Of a stretch of DNA of 64,000 bases, positions 11,901 to 26,900 are shown piece after piece. The stretch's first letter is position 1. Every line of letters begins with the position of its first letter. Location: NCBI RefSeq assembly GCF_026210795.1, contig NC_089435.1, forward strand, positions 3,472,001 to 3,536,000. The letters are read 5' to 3'. The notes below the pieces were generated by a model, which was given only the letters and a program-made list of their open reading frames with translations, was not told the DNA's origin and ran no database searches. Source of the DNA: Rhizophagus irregularis (lineage: Eukaryota). The translations under genes and the position numbers were made by a program.

Positions 11901-14900
11901 CCTCAGGGCGTAGAGGATTCATATGGTAGAATTATTTATCCCGGTAATAAGGGAGGATTTCTGAGTACAACATCACGAGATTTATGTGATATATTAGAAA
12001 AAGTCATAAAGATTCCTCGACTAAATGTAAATGATTATTGGCGAAATTATGTGATACCATTTCTTGAGACGCAATCATCAGAAAACATAGATATAGTAAT
12101 TGACAAGCTTTTTGATCGATTAACAAATATAATTGATGTTAACTTGAAGGATATTCTCGGAAGAAAGTCTTTTGTACTTACTGGTACACTTAAAATGTCT
12201 CAACAACAACAAAAACCTGATAACGTAAAATTAGCAAAACCAATAGATCTATATGATCCGGAAGAAGAAAAATTAATTAATTTATTTTTTGAAGATGAAC
12301 GTGTATTTCCCGCTGGCAATTATGGCATTTCCCAGACTTCTTTACCTAATAAGTTCCTTTCAAATTTGAAATTGTTGGGAATCAAATCAATTCTTTCTCC
12401 AAATGACGTAATTTCTCGGATCGACGCTATTATAGATCGAAGACAAACTTCCAATGTTCCTGAAGATTTAATCCATACTAAAGCATTAAAACTTTTTAAA
12501 TATCTCGATGAAAATTGGATTAAGATTATTGATGATACACAAATTCGAGGAAATCGCGAGCAATTTAATGCGTTCTTAAAAGTAATTATAGAAAAAGAAT
12601 GGATACCAACTATTGACGTATGTGAGAAAAAAATCTTTTCGAACATTAAAAAATGTCATAGTCAAAAAGACAAAGATTTAGTCTGTCTGGTCACTCCGAT
12701 AGTTGATCATAAGCTTAAATGTAAGAAACTTTTGAAACAATTGGGGTGGGATACATATCCTGTTGTTGGGATGATTATAGAACAACTAGGACTTTGTGTC
12801 AAAGGCGTAAAAAACAAGCAACCACCTAAAAATTTAGTAAAGATTTGTACAGCGGTTTACAAATATATGGACGAAATTTTTAAAGCAAGTGACAATAAGT
12901 ATAATAAAGAATTCAATTATATGAAGAACTATTTGAAAGATAAGCCATGGATCTTTTCGTCGCATGAAGGACAATTTTATCCAGCTGATAAAGTTATCCT
13001 TAAACTTCCGAAAAAATTTCAGAAAAATGAATCTTTAATCATTGAACTTCCAGCAGATTATGGTAGTTTTAAATCTTTATTTGAAGCTATGGGAGTTCGA
13101 GATGAAATTGGAATTAAAGATTTTATTTTAATTATTAATAGCATGGTCAAAGGGAATAAAGACAAAATTTTATCTCCAAACGAAATAAATAATATAATTC
13201 AAATTCTTGAACATATCGCCAGTATACGAAAGAGTAATAGAGGAGATGGAAACAACCCGAAAGAATTAGATGGGCTATTAGTACCAACTAACAAAAATAC
13301 GCTCGCTGACTTACAAGAAATATATTTTGACGATATGGAAGATAGACTTAGTGAAGAAGAGAAAAGAGAACATATAATTGCTCATCGTCTTGTAATTCCG
13401 TATATTGCTAAAGAGTTAGAGATTCAAACTTTAACTGGAAAACTATACGGTAATTATAATGGTACATCAGATATAGATTGGGACACATATGAACAGGATG
13501 AAAAATTGACCACCAGAATTAAGAATATCATCAAGGTAACTTTTTTTTTTTGATTTTTACATTTATTTTTAATTCATATTAGATCCAAATTTTATTAAAT
13601 ACTTTTTTGATGTAATTAGGATTATAAAATAACTTCATTGTTTAAAGAGTTTCTTCAAGTAAGTAATTTTATTATATTATATTCAGAAATTTACTTTTAT
13701 CACATTTACACTACATATTTTATGCGAATATAGAATGCGGATGATGCCGGAGCCACCCAATTTTTAGTAGTGGTAGATGAAAGGAAAACAAATCGGGATA
13801 ATAAACAAAAAAAATCTTTATTGTCAGTAGAAATGGCGGATTGGCAAGGACCAGCAATATGGATATATAATGATGCAGAATTTTCCCCTAAAGATTTTCA
13901 GGCTTTAATCAAACTTGGAATAGGGAGAAAAGCCTGTGATGATACTAAAATTGGAAGATTTGGGATTGGATTTAATTGTGCTTTTCATGTTACAGATCTA
14001 CCTAGCTTTGTAAGTGGAAGATACATTGCATTCTTAGATCCAAATGCAAATTTTCTTCCAGCGCAAGGATATCCTCCTAAAAGGCCGAGGGGTACTCGAA
14101 TTGACTTTATTGATAAGGAGTTTGGGAAGTTTCGGGATCAATGCTATCCTTATGAAGCAATATTCGATTTTATTAAGAAAAGTTTTCCTGATAAGTATAA
14201 AACAACTGAGAGTTGTAGTTTTTCGAGCGAGTTCAATGGAACATTGTTTAGACTTCCACTTAGGAACCATGAGTCGAAAAAAAGTGAAATTTCAGATCAA
14301 ATTTTTGAAATCAAGTATATCTTGTCGTTATTTAACAATGTCCAGAATAATAAAGAAAAGCTCTTTTTAAGGAACATAGAATCATGTAGTCTGTATCACA
14401 TGAAGCAACAAGCTACTCAACTGGTATGGAAAACGCAAATCTATATATCAGATTCAGGTCGCAAAATTCGTAAAAGTGTTATCGATAAGGCACAAATATA
14501 TCAAATGGGTATTGAAATTATTAATAATATGGATCAATCGAAATCATCAGAAATATGGCTTTTATGTACAGGAGGACATGGTAGGGTTACTAAGGTGAAA
14601 CTTGAAAAATTTTCAGAGAGTGAAAAACTCAAAGTAAGCGTAACTAGTAATAAATATGTACATTATATATTGGTCCATTTAATATAATATTCTAATAATT
14701 TTATTCGTTTTATTAAGCCAAGAGGCGGGGTTGCTTTCTTGCTTGCTCAATCTGATAAAAGTTCATTGAATGAATTAAAGGCTGCACCAGTAAGTATATT
14801 TTCTTTTCTTTTCTTTCTTTCTTTTTTTTTTGTATTATTGCATTTACGTGTTATCAAAACTATTATAGTTTTCAAATCTTCCTGAACTTGAAGGCAAAAT

Positions 14901-17900
14901 TTACTCATTTTTATCTTTATCAATAAACACCAATTTGGGAGTTCACTTGAATGGAAATTTTTCTTTACCTAGTGCAAGAAGCGCTATTCTACAGTCTGAA
15001 AACGATTTCTTGAAAGCAGATAGTGACGATGCAAAATGGAATAAATATATTCTATATGACGTTCTATCTGATTTGCACATTAAACTACTTGAGCATATTG
15101 TAGAGCTTGATAAAATCAGACACAAGAAGGAAGGAATAAAGTTCATTCCACATACCACAAATAGGTTTTGGCCAATTAAAAATGACTCAACTATCGGCTT
15201 GTACAAAGACTACGGTTTAAATGTTATTAGGAAATTAGGTAATGGTAATCATAAAATTTTTTGGACTGAAGCTAATGGCGGGCAATTTATTCCGTTAAAG
15301 GATGCCAAAATTTTTGAGGAAGAAGAAGCAATAATTGCGGATATAATTAAATTAGGAATTCCAGCTGTGAAACTTAGTAAGGACAAAATTGAACACTTAA
15401 GTAAGATCGGTGAATCTAAAAATACCCTTAATTTCCCATACAAACCTGTTAATGGAAAATCTATTTGCAAAGAATTACAAATGAAAAGGTTTTCACTACC
15501 TTCTTTTAACACACATGATTCATTGATCAATTTACTTAATTTTATTTTTCAAGATAAAGATTCTTTTAAAGATCTTATTGGATTGCCATTAGTTCCATTG
15601 AGCAACCATTCAATTGGAAAGTTTGGTGAACAAATTTACTACATTGGGGATCAAGAACAAATAGAATTGTTCCAAAAGGCTGGTCCATCTAGATTTGTTT
15701 CCATTGACTTACAAGATAGCTTATTGAAAATTTTTAATGCTGATTTTTCTGAGACTACCAAAATCAGAAAGTTTGACGCTTATGGAGTCTTAGATCTTTT
15801 AAAGGAAGAGTTGCCGATTGTAGAAGAATTGGATGAATCTATTCCAGTCGATAGTTGGCTTGAAAAAATTTGGTCAATATTAATTAAAAGCGCCGAAAAT
15901 ATGGATTTTAACAAACTTACAATATCTCCTCTTTTACCAATTATTCAACCTTCTAGAATGCTAGTTAGACTTAATGTGACAAATCCACCACTCTACGATA
16001 ATGGACATAACTTAATACCATTATTAGTAAAGCTAGAAGTGCGTTTCACTAATATATCGTTTCAAAATGTTCAAAATGAAAAACTCAAAAAATGTGTTTT
16101 GGCATGCACTCCTATTAATATCATTAATTCTTTGGAGAGGACTTGTACTTCATTGTATTTAACAATGGAGGATTTATTCGAGAATAGTGATTTATCGGCT
16201 CATGACTATGAGGACTTTAGAACATTTATTAAAGTAAATCTTGAAATTTTGTTAGGCAAGTGAAAAAAACTGCAAAAATAATTTATGTTTAATTAAAGTT
16301 AATATTCTGTGTTGACATATTTATTTGATTTACGTTTTACAGGACATTGTCGAAATCAAGAAAATTTTATGAATATTCTTTGTTCGTTACCGATATGGCC
16401 ATTACATTCTTCCGAAGATAAATTCATTGATGCCAAATCTGGAAAACTCCTTCCATATAAGCTCCCATTTTTTTCTTTTGATAAGAATACTGAATTTTAC
16501 AAATGTGATCGTGAAATGGATTTCGAAGTACTTCGAATATTAGGTGTCACTCCTATGAGTGAATTAGAATATATTAAAAAAAATATAATACCGAAATTTA
16601 AAGATTTTCAAACACCATCTCAGAAATATATCGATTTCTTGCAGAGTATTTTATCGGGTAATCAAGAAATTGAAAAACATCTTAAGAAATATCCAGCAAT
16701 ACCTAATGGATCACTTACTGAATTTGTAAAAGCTGATGCTTTATATGATATTACCGTTCCATTATTTAGTTATGTTTTTAAAGATGACGACAAATTTTTA
16801 CCTAGAATATTTTATAGTAATAAGGTTTTAATGGCAGCTTTAAAAAGAATGGGTCTTAAGTACCAAGTGAATTGTGAAACATTTATTGAATGTGCACAAG
16901 AGATTGAACAACAATCTGATATTCAATCTGATAGGTTTTCGATGGAAGAAGTCAAAATGATGATAAATCATTTATATAATAAATCTATTTCAAATCTAAA
17001 ATTCTTGGATGACCAGTGGAAAAAACTTATAAATATCAAATTCGTTCCATCGAAAATTATTCAAAATCCACTTTGTGAGGAATCGAAAGAAACCCTGAAA
17101 TTTGGAAGTTTCTCGGTGCTTTGTTTTCAAAAGTATAAGGATGTATGTTGGACCAAAAGGCATTTTTTTGAAAAAAATGTTGAACCTACTGATTCATTTT
17201 GTAAACGTGATCCTAGGATCGGAATACCGTCGCCAAAAGATATTATAGAACACTGGTCTTTCGTTGTTAAAAATATTGAATCAATATTTGGGCAAGATCG
17301 CAGTGAAGCTAAAAGAGTGATCGAAGAAATTTATAAAATAATGAACAAAAATGTAGAAGAGTCTGAGGAGTTGGAAATTGATAACAAAGAGGAATTATTC
17401 TTAAATGGGGATGACCCACTTGATGAAAAATGTTGGGTAACAGGGAGTAAACTTGCGTTTGGAATACAAGAAAATACTGAAGCTAGAGATAAAGTTGTTG
17501 ATTTTTTAGCGCCTTATAAGACTTTATTATTACGTGCTGGAGCTATGGAGGTAGATGATAACTATATAAATGAGTACAAACGAAGTGAAAAACTTTCTCA
17601 AAAAGACAAGCTGTTTAAAAATTTATTAAAATTTATAAATCATGAAAATAAACATCATGATGTTACTTTTATTGTTGGTAAAGAAGAAATAAGTGCTAAC
17701 AGATATGTACTTTCTGGTACGTTAATTTACTTTTTGAGAACTTTTTTTTTCCCCTTATTAATAGTTATTTAAATCTTTCTATATAGCTGCTTCAACCCAT
17801 TTTGAAATGGTATTTTGTGACTTAAATAAGACGGAAATCAAGGTTGAAAAAGAAAAGCCACATACAATTAGGGTATTTCTTCGATGGTTATACGGGGAAG

Positions 17901-18172
17901 AAGCAGCCATAAATGAAGAAAACTTTGAAGAAGGAAAGGAATATTATACGGATTATTTGACGTTTCTAGTTGACTTATTAAAAGTAGCTGACAATTATGA
18001 TGTTGAATTACTCAAAAATGAAGTGGAAGATGTCATTATAAGTGATCGACGTATTAGTGTTCATAATGTAAATAAAATTCTGAATTGTTTAAAGGAATGC
18101 AAGGCACCTGCATTGAAATTAAAAGAATGCTGTGAAAAGTTTAAAGAAGATAATAGCGAACTTTGCAGATAA
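8938..18172 (+). CDS. Sacsin-like protein 1: two sacsin repeating regions (GHKL/Hsp90-like ATPase) + C-terminal BTB/POZ (~2815 aa, 11 exons)
   Basis: Exons 8938-9274, 9353-10170, 10255-10305, 10378-11552, 11627-13535, 13620-13658, 13734-14633, 14718-14789, 14869-16255 (GC donor follows), 16343-17716, 17787-18172; total 8448 nt, in frame. Repeat 1: EILQNSDDA, KIGVMGVGFNSVYHITDSP, GTIFRYPLR, FCFLPLP, VHGYFAV. Repeat 2: EFLQNADDAGA, QGPAIWIYNDAEF, KIGRFGIGFNCAFHVTDLP, GTLFRLPLR, VHLNGNF. BTB: HDVTFIVG...ANRYVLSAASTHF...FLRWLYG. Confidence 0.92.
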
Positions 18173-20981
18173 TGAAGGCATTAGGATAGTACTTTCAGAC
18201 ATGACATTATGATAAGGTTTAAGCATATGGACAAAACTGAAGATTCAACTAACGCTGTTATTTATATTATCAAATTATAAACGTGGGATCAATTTTTTTT
18301 ACACGACTTTAATATCAATGAAAGAAATGAAGTACAAATAATGCACGGTTCAGCTAATTTGGATTGAGCAAATATTATGCTTTTAGAACTGATTTTATTC
18401 ATATTTTTAAATCTATCTTATTATTGTGTTTTTTTATGTAACCAGCATTTAATTTATTAAATTTTATATTTTTACAATAACTAAAATTTAATTTTTCATC
18501 GTACCTTATTTGTGTAAGTTTTATCCAGAACTACAATAATTAATTCTTCGTTCAAACAGTTTCTTTTAAACGAGTTCATAACGTTTAGGCGGAAATAAAA
18601 CAATACGGTGAGAAAAAAAGCGTTGTTACGTGTTCGGAAGTGGCATGGTCATTTGGCCATTTAATATCGCATGATTTAATCGAAAAAACAAAAAAAAAAA
18701 TTATTAAATGTAGGCCAGAATTATAGTGCCGGCCAACATTAATCTCAAATGATGACTGACACTTATCATTTGATCACTTAACAGTTAATACTTTTTTGAA
18801 AGGTATATAAACATTCTTAAAAATTAAACTTTTACTTCTTTTTAAAACTAAATATCATCAAAAATTTTATAAGATAAAGTATTGATATATTGGAAAAGGA
18901 GATATGATTGATTTTTCCTAACAGGTAAATTTTACATGGCACGTGCTTAAAAATTTGTGTTATATTACATTTCGTATTGTAAGCACAGTATATTAAATTG
19001 TATTTATTATGAATATATATTTATAAAACATGCATTCAAAGTTTAAAAAATCAAGTGAAACTAAGTTCTATTATTATACAATATGAATACATGAGAAAGA
19101 GCCAGCCTGTTAATAAATGAAAGTAATAAAATAAAAGAGAAGCAGGAGGAAGAATTAGCTGAGCTCTACCCCATATTATGACGTTCTTTCGTTTTGCTAA
19201 TCATGATGTAAAATATTATGAAATTTTTCAAAACTACTTGGCATTTTGGTGAAAAAATTTTTTGGTAATTTTTTCAAAGTAACTTGATTGATACAAATTT
19301 TTTTTGGAATTTTTTTTTATAAATGGTAGATGCAGGCCGAACCTTGGTATTTAATAAAATATCTAGCAATTTATAACCAAAACAGTAATCATATGTAAAA
19401 TAAAAAGCAAATATCATACCTGGTATCCGCCTTTCGCTTTATTCAAAGGCAGATTCTATGTCAAAATATGAGACTTTATACATAATCACATCAGGAAATT
19501 TTTTCCCTGCGACGGGGGTGTAAACTTACGTAAATTTGTGTAAATATGCGTTAGTAAACTTACGTGGGATTACATCCCCATAACAGGGCTACGAATTTTT
19601 ACATCTAAGATAAGTAACATCGATAAATCGCTATAAATAATCCCCATAAAAAAAATCCAATAAATGATCATTTTTCTAGTTTTTATTCCGAAGAAACTCA
19701 CACGTGATCATTTTTCTGAAAAATTTTTTATAGGGCTATAATTTTAAAACTTAGTGTATAAACCTAGCAACTCCGTACTTTGGATAATGCTTTAAACGTC
19801 AATGTGATTTTGACAAAAAATACCTAAGCCCATTAGTAACAGCCCTAAGTATAATACGGATTATTATAAAAACGTATCTTGGAATAACTTTTCGTTATTG
19901 TAAGTTCAAGCCACATTCAATTTAGAAGATGTTACAAAAATATCAATTAAGGAATTATGATAAAGAATTTATTAAAATCAATTTATATTTTCTTTAAAGA
20001 ATTATTTCAATACTAATATTAAAATAGAAGAATTTGTTTAGGAAATGTAGTGAAAGAAATTAGAAACTAATTTACCTAATACTTAGGACCAAAGTCAGAT
20101 GTAGTGCAACAAGCAATTATTATGAATTAATGAAATTTAAAGCAGTTATTCCAAAGCTTTGAGAATAGATGATTATTTTTTTTTCAATTATTTACAAGAA
20201 TTTATTTTTTCATTTTATATTTTAGTAAGATTGTTTTCATTCAATAAAATGTAAGCATATTATACAATCCCAAGAACCTTACAAAGTAATGGACACAACA
20301 ATTGCTTCTTCAACAAAATTTCAATGTCAACACGCTATGCTATTTTATATGCCAATTTAAAAATTGGTAATTACAAATTTTATTAATCACAATGCATATA
20401 GGCAATGCGCACTAATTAATATTCTTTTACTTGTTTTACTTTGTTTTAAATTTGTGATCAACACATGACCGTTTTACATTCTTGTGTTGATACTCGGTGA
20501 TACGAAATGTGATATAAAATCATTTTTCAAGCTTATCTGGATAATCATTTTAACATCATTGTTCCCTATTGCAGTAAAAACTTTATAATGTTTGAAAGAA
20601 TTAATAAATGCTTCATAATAATCTTCGATATCTGTGTAATGATAAACAAGTAAAATTTTACCTGTTTTGGAAAACAAGGCTATAGAATTTTAAAACAAAT
20701 AAAAACTGTGTTGCATAGTTTTTTATACTAGGAAAGAAAAGCTTCATTTCAAAACCCATAAAATCTTTTTATTATGTCTCCGGAATCTCCATCGGTGGAA
20801 GTTTCCGGGTTCCTTATCAAATTACCTTTTTTGGGTTCAACAGTATGATTGATGTCCAAATTTGTTTATATTTATTTTGTGTGATGCTATAAGCCATTTA
20901 TAAAATTAGAGTTTGCATAATTTGTTGCATATTGCATAAACTTCTTTCGTGTTTATAATTTTTTAATTTTTAACACGAAAA

Positions 20982-23900
20982 ATGTCTAATAAAATAAATA
21001 GTTCTCATACTCCCAGGAGAGCAAGAGGAAAAGAATTTAAACCACGTGAACCTTATACTCATCGTCTACGTAAAATCCTTGAAGAATATCCTGATGGTTC
21101 ACAAGTTCTTCGTGAAATTCTTCAAAATTCAGATGATGCAAAGAGTACAGAACAAGTTTTTATTTTGGATCATAATACATATCCACCGGATGGTTTATTT
21201 GAACCAGATTTGGTGAATAATTATGAAAGAACAAACTTGAAACTTGATAGATATCAAGGACCAGCATTATTTGCGAAAAACAATACCATTTTTGAAGAAA
21301 GAGATTTTCAATCTCTATTAAAATTGGCCGACAGCGAAAAACGGGATCAATTTGATAAGATTGGAGGTAAAATTTGTTTCATATCATTAATTATTATTAT
21401 ACTATAATATAATATATAACCTAATTTTTCTTTTTTTTAAAAAAAAAAACTTAGTAATGGGAGTCGGTTTCAATTCAATTTATCATATTACCGATTCTCC
21501 TTCTTTTATTACTGGAAGTAAATATGTTATTCTTGATCCACACGAGTGGTATTTTAATGGTGGTGTCCAATTCGACTTTGTTGATGATAACTTAGCCGAG
21601 GATTATCAGAATCAATTCGCTCCTTTCAGGATTCCGTGTAATAAACCATATGAAGGCACTATATTTCGTTATCCTCTTCGGACTGATGAAGACTCTATTG
21701 ATTCAGACATTTCTAAAAAAGTTTATAAGCCCGAAGAAATTTTGGACATGTTTAAAAAGTTTTATGAAAATGAAAGCATTAATTGTTTATTGTTTTTGAA
21801 ATATATCGAACGTATTACTTTTTATGAATTGAAAGAGGGAGCTTCTGAACTTGAATTATTATATACAATTCAACTAGATAATGCTGAACAAGTACGGGAA
21901 CAACGACGTTTGATAACTGAAAACATTGTTTTAATGATGAATAAACTACAATCAAAAAGTCTTGGCCAAATTAATCAATTACAAGCATCTTATGTTGCAG
22001 AGTTTTCACAACAACAGAAAAATGATTGTAAAGAGATTAGTTCATGGTTAATTTTGAATTATCTTGATGACTTAAATGAGGCTGAAAAACACTTTCTAGA
22101 AAAATTTGATAAAAATATAGGAGATTACAAGTTTGTCCCCAATGTTGGTTTAGCTGTTCCTTTGAATAATTTAGACGTTACTGGAAGATTATTTTGCTTT
22201 TTACCACTTCCCATTGATATGCCTTTTCGTATCTCTGTGCACGGTTATTTTGCGGTAAGAATCAATGAAATTTTTTTTTTTGATTTTTAATATTTTAATG
22301 CTTAATATTAATTACCTTTCACTTTTTAATTACTTAATAGGTTAGTACTAATCGGCGTTCCTTATGGTCAGCAGCAGACAATGAAGATTTAGTGAGTCAT
22401 CGATATTCATACTTTTTTATTAGGATTTATGTGATCTCAAAGATTTTACATTAACTTCTTTTTTTAAACATATTATTGACTTTAGGCGATTGATGCATTA
22501 GCGCGTCTTAAAGTTACATGGAATCGATATTTATTTGAAAATGTTCTACCTAAAGCTTGGGTGAAATTTCTTTGTGAACTTCCGCTTAAAGTTACCAATA
22601 TACAGCCGAGTGATTTATATAAATTTTGGCCAATGTCCAAAGGAAGCGCATCTAGTAGCATCAATAACTTTTGCAAGGATCTTCTGCAAAACGTTATAAA
22701 TTGTCTTAAAGTAGAGGATCGTGTATTTCAAGGACCTTCTTCATTAAGCACTATTGGAGAAGTTGAAAATTCAGCGACTTTATATGATTGTTCTTTGTTT
22801 AAAGAATCTGAATTTCATTGGCTATCACTCTCTAATGGTTATTTAGAAGATGTGGCTAATGTTTATTTGCCTAAAATAGTTGGAGAGATTGGATTCCCTG
22901 TAATAACAGTTCCTCCTGACTTCATCAAAATCTTAAAGAATTCTCAACATAAAGTCTCTCTTAAATTTTATTCTCCTGCCGTTATTCGTAAATATTTAGA
23001 TCTCAATCGTGCTAGATGGGAAAATACAATACCAAAAAAAGAAGTCTTACAATTATTTTATTATATATTGAAAGACAAAAAATTTGACGAATTGGTGGGT
23101 TTCAAGATGATTCCACTTGCGGATGGTGAACTTGGTACTATAACGCTGTCCAACGATTCTTGTGTATACATTGGTCCAGACAATGACATTACAGACCATA
23201 AAAATGATGAGCGTAATATCTTCAAAAATCAATTGAACAAATTTATTGACAAATCGATTGATTTTGCATTGTATAGGCGTTTGTATGATAACGCAAAGGC
23301 TGGATGGGATCTAAACATCAAAATCTTGGATGAATGTATTGTAGCAAATATGATCAGATTCTCACTAAATTCTGATATCACTGATGATAACCGGAATGTA
23401 GATACCATTTTCGCGAATTCTGAAGAGATAGATATATTAGATCGTCGTGAATGGATTTATCATTTGTGGGAAAATATTAAATATAGAAATTGGGATCTGA
23501 AAAAGTTTGAAGAAATTCATATAATACCGACTAGTCGATTTACTCTCAGAAAATTAAAAACTCCAAAGAAAATTTTTTCTAGTCAAACAAGCACAAATAA
23601 CTCAATTAAATCTTTGATTTCTATTTTCGAAAAGTTTGGCGTTGTTTTTGTGGAAAATAAATTTGAAATTAGTAAAACTTCTAAATGGGACAAGTAAATA
23701 TTTTTAATTAATGATCATTGTTTCCGTAAGTTCGTTTGTTTTCATGGTCGAATAAACTAAATACCTTTTTTCTTTTTCTTTTACTAGAATTTCCCCATAT
23801 ATTATCAAACCTGATGATATTATATCAGTTTTGGATTCTTTTCAAGCCGATACTACCGATACTTCATGTCCAAAATATCCTGAGAATTTGAATTGCGTGT

Positions 23901-26900
23901 TACAAGATCATGAAGCATCAACACTCGTTGGATATTTATCTAATTATTTACGACTTGCTAATAAATATCATCTTGTACCAAAACTTATTGATGTTATCAA
24001 ACACCTTCCAATTTTTAACCAAGTTGGTCACACTTCTCCAATTTCATTATTACCCGGAGATAAGAAATGGTATCTTTTACCTCAAGGTGAAGAGAATTCA
24101 TATGGTAAAATTATTTATCCAAGTGATAAGGGGGGATTTCTCAGTACAAAATCGCGAGACTTAAGTGATATCTTAGAAAAATACATAAAAGTTCCTCGAC
24201 TAAATGCGAATGACTATTGGCGGAATTATGTAATACCATTTCTTGAGACACAATCACCAGAAGACATAGATATAGTAATTGACAAGCTTTTTGATCAATT
24301 ACCGCATATAATTGATACTAGCTTGAAAGATATTCTCAGAAGAAAGTCTTTTGTACCTGTTGGCACGTTTAAAATGTCTCAACAACGACAAAAATCTGAT
24401 AACGTAAAATTGGCTAAACCAATAGATTTATTTGATCCGGAAGAAAAAATCTTAGTTGATTTATTTTTTGAAGATGAACAAGTATTTCCCGCTGGCAATT
24501 TTGGCATTTCTCAAACTTTTTGTTCTAAAAAGTTTCTTCCAAATTTGAAATTGTTGGTGGGAATCAAATCAATTCTTTCTCCAAATGATGTAATTTCTCG
24601 GATCGACACTATTATAGATCGTATAGATCGAAGACAAACTTCTAATGTTCCTGAAGATTTAATTCGTACAAAAGCATTAAAACTTTTTAGATATATCGAT
24701 GAAAATTGGAATAAGTTTATTATTGATGATACACAAACTCGGGAAAATCGTGGACCAAGTAATGCATTCTTAAAAACAATTCTAGAAAAAGAATGGATAC
24801 CATCCGTCGACGCATTTGATAGTAAAATTTTTTCGAGCCTTAAAAAATGTCATAGTCAAAAAGATAAAGATTTGATCTGTTTGGTCACTCCGATAGTTGA
24901 ATATAAGGTTAAAAATAAGAAACTTTTGAGACAATTGGGGTGGGATACATATCCTGTTGTTAAGATGATTATAGAGCAACTAGGACTTTGTTTCAAAGGC
25001 GTAAAAAACAAGCAACCACCTAAAAATTTAGTAAAGATTTGTACAGCGGTTTACAAATATATGGACGAAATTTTTAAAGCAAGCGATATTAAATCTAATG
25101 AAGATTTCAATTATATGAAGAATTACTTGAAAGATAAGTCGTGGATCTTATCGTTACGCGAAGGACAATTTTATCCAGCTGATAAAGTCATCTTTAAACT
25201 TCCAAATAAATTTCAGAATAATGAATCTTTAATCATTGAACTTCCAGCAGAATATTTTAGTTTTAAATCTTTATTTGAATCTATGGGAGTTCGAGATGAA
25301 ATTGGAATTAAAGATTTTATTTTAATTATTAAAAATGTGATCAAAGGAAACAATGATAAAGTCTTATCCGCAAACGAAATAAACAACGTTATTCAAATTC
25401 TTAAACAAGTTGCAGAAATACAAAAAGATAATCGAGATAATCCGGAAAGCTTAGATGGATTATTAGTTCCAAGTACTGAAAATAAGCTTGTTGACTTGCA
25501 TGAAATTCAATTTGATGACATGGGAGATAATCTTAGTGATGAAGAGAGAAGCAAACACAAAATTGCTCATAAACTTGTAATTAAGGATATTGCTAAAGAA
25601 TTGGAAATTCAAACTTTAAAAGGGAAAATTTATGGTAATTATAATAAATTAATATATTTTCTAAGATTATGAACTTTAATATGTATTATTTGAACTTTCA
25701 TCGATTTCAATGGCAGGTAATGATTATACCGGAGATATGGATTGGGAGAAATATGAACAAAATGAATCTTTAACAACTAGAATTAAAAATATTATCAAGG
25801 TAAAGTTTGAGATTTATTACCGAGTTATATCATTTGATTTTAATATATATTTTTGAATATTTTTGGTTCTATCAATAGGATTATTCGATAAATTCATTAT
25901 TTAAAGAATTTCTTCAAGTGAGTAATGTATTTTAAATGTTATTTTTCTAAAAGAACTTATCTAGTGAATTTGTATTTGGATTTATAATGATATAGAATGC
26001 AGATGATGCTAAGGCTACTCGCTTTGACATAACAGTGGATGAAAGACGAATATTTCAGCACAATGGCCGAAAATACTTATCAGAAGAGATGGTAGATTGG
26101 CAAGGTCCTGCGATATGGATATATAATGATGCAGAATTTTCTCCTAAAGACTTTCAGGCTTTGATAAAACTTGGAACTGGAGGAAAATCTCATGATGAGA
26201 CTAAGATCGGAAGATTCGGAATAGGATTTAATTGCGCTTTTCATCTTACGGATTTACCTAGCTTTGTGAGTGGAAAATATATTGTATTTTTAGATCCAAA
26301 TGCAAAATATCTTCCAGCACAAGGATATCCTCCTAGAAGGCCAAGGGGTACTCGAATTGATTTTATTAATAAGGAATTTAAGAAAAGCTTTCCGGAACAA
26401 TGCTATCCTTACGAGGCATTAGGATGTAATTTTTCAGAAGAATTCAAAGGAACATTGTTTAGGCTTCCACTTAGGACTTTAAAAACAGCAAAACAAAGTG
26501 ATATTTCAGATCAAGTTTTTGAAATCAAAGATATCTTGCAACTATTTAGTGGTATTAAAAGTAATAAAGAGATGTTATTTTTAAGGAATATAGAATCGTG
26601 CGGCCTGTATCACATGAGACAACAAACTAATCAATTGATATGGGAAGCGCAAATTGATATGTCAAACAAAGATCGTGGTATTCGTAAAAGTGTCATTGAT
26701 ATCGCTCAATTATATCAAATGGATATTGAAATTACAAATAATAAACTTAATAAGAGAGTATCAGAAATATGGCTTTTATGTACAGGGGGAATTCAGAGTA
26801 ATATAAAACAAGACTTAAAAGAATTTTCAGAAAAAAAACGACTTAAGGTAATGTAATGTATTTTATTATTATGTATATAATATTTTAGTGAAACTAATAA

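Noticed and set aside
20474..20677. ORF containing LVYHYTD, reminiscent of HYD-type ART toxins
   Set aside because: Only a four-residue resemblance; no downstream G-x-Y or other ART motifs, TTG start, 67 aa.
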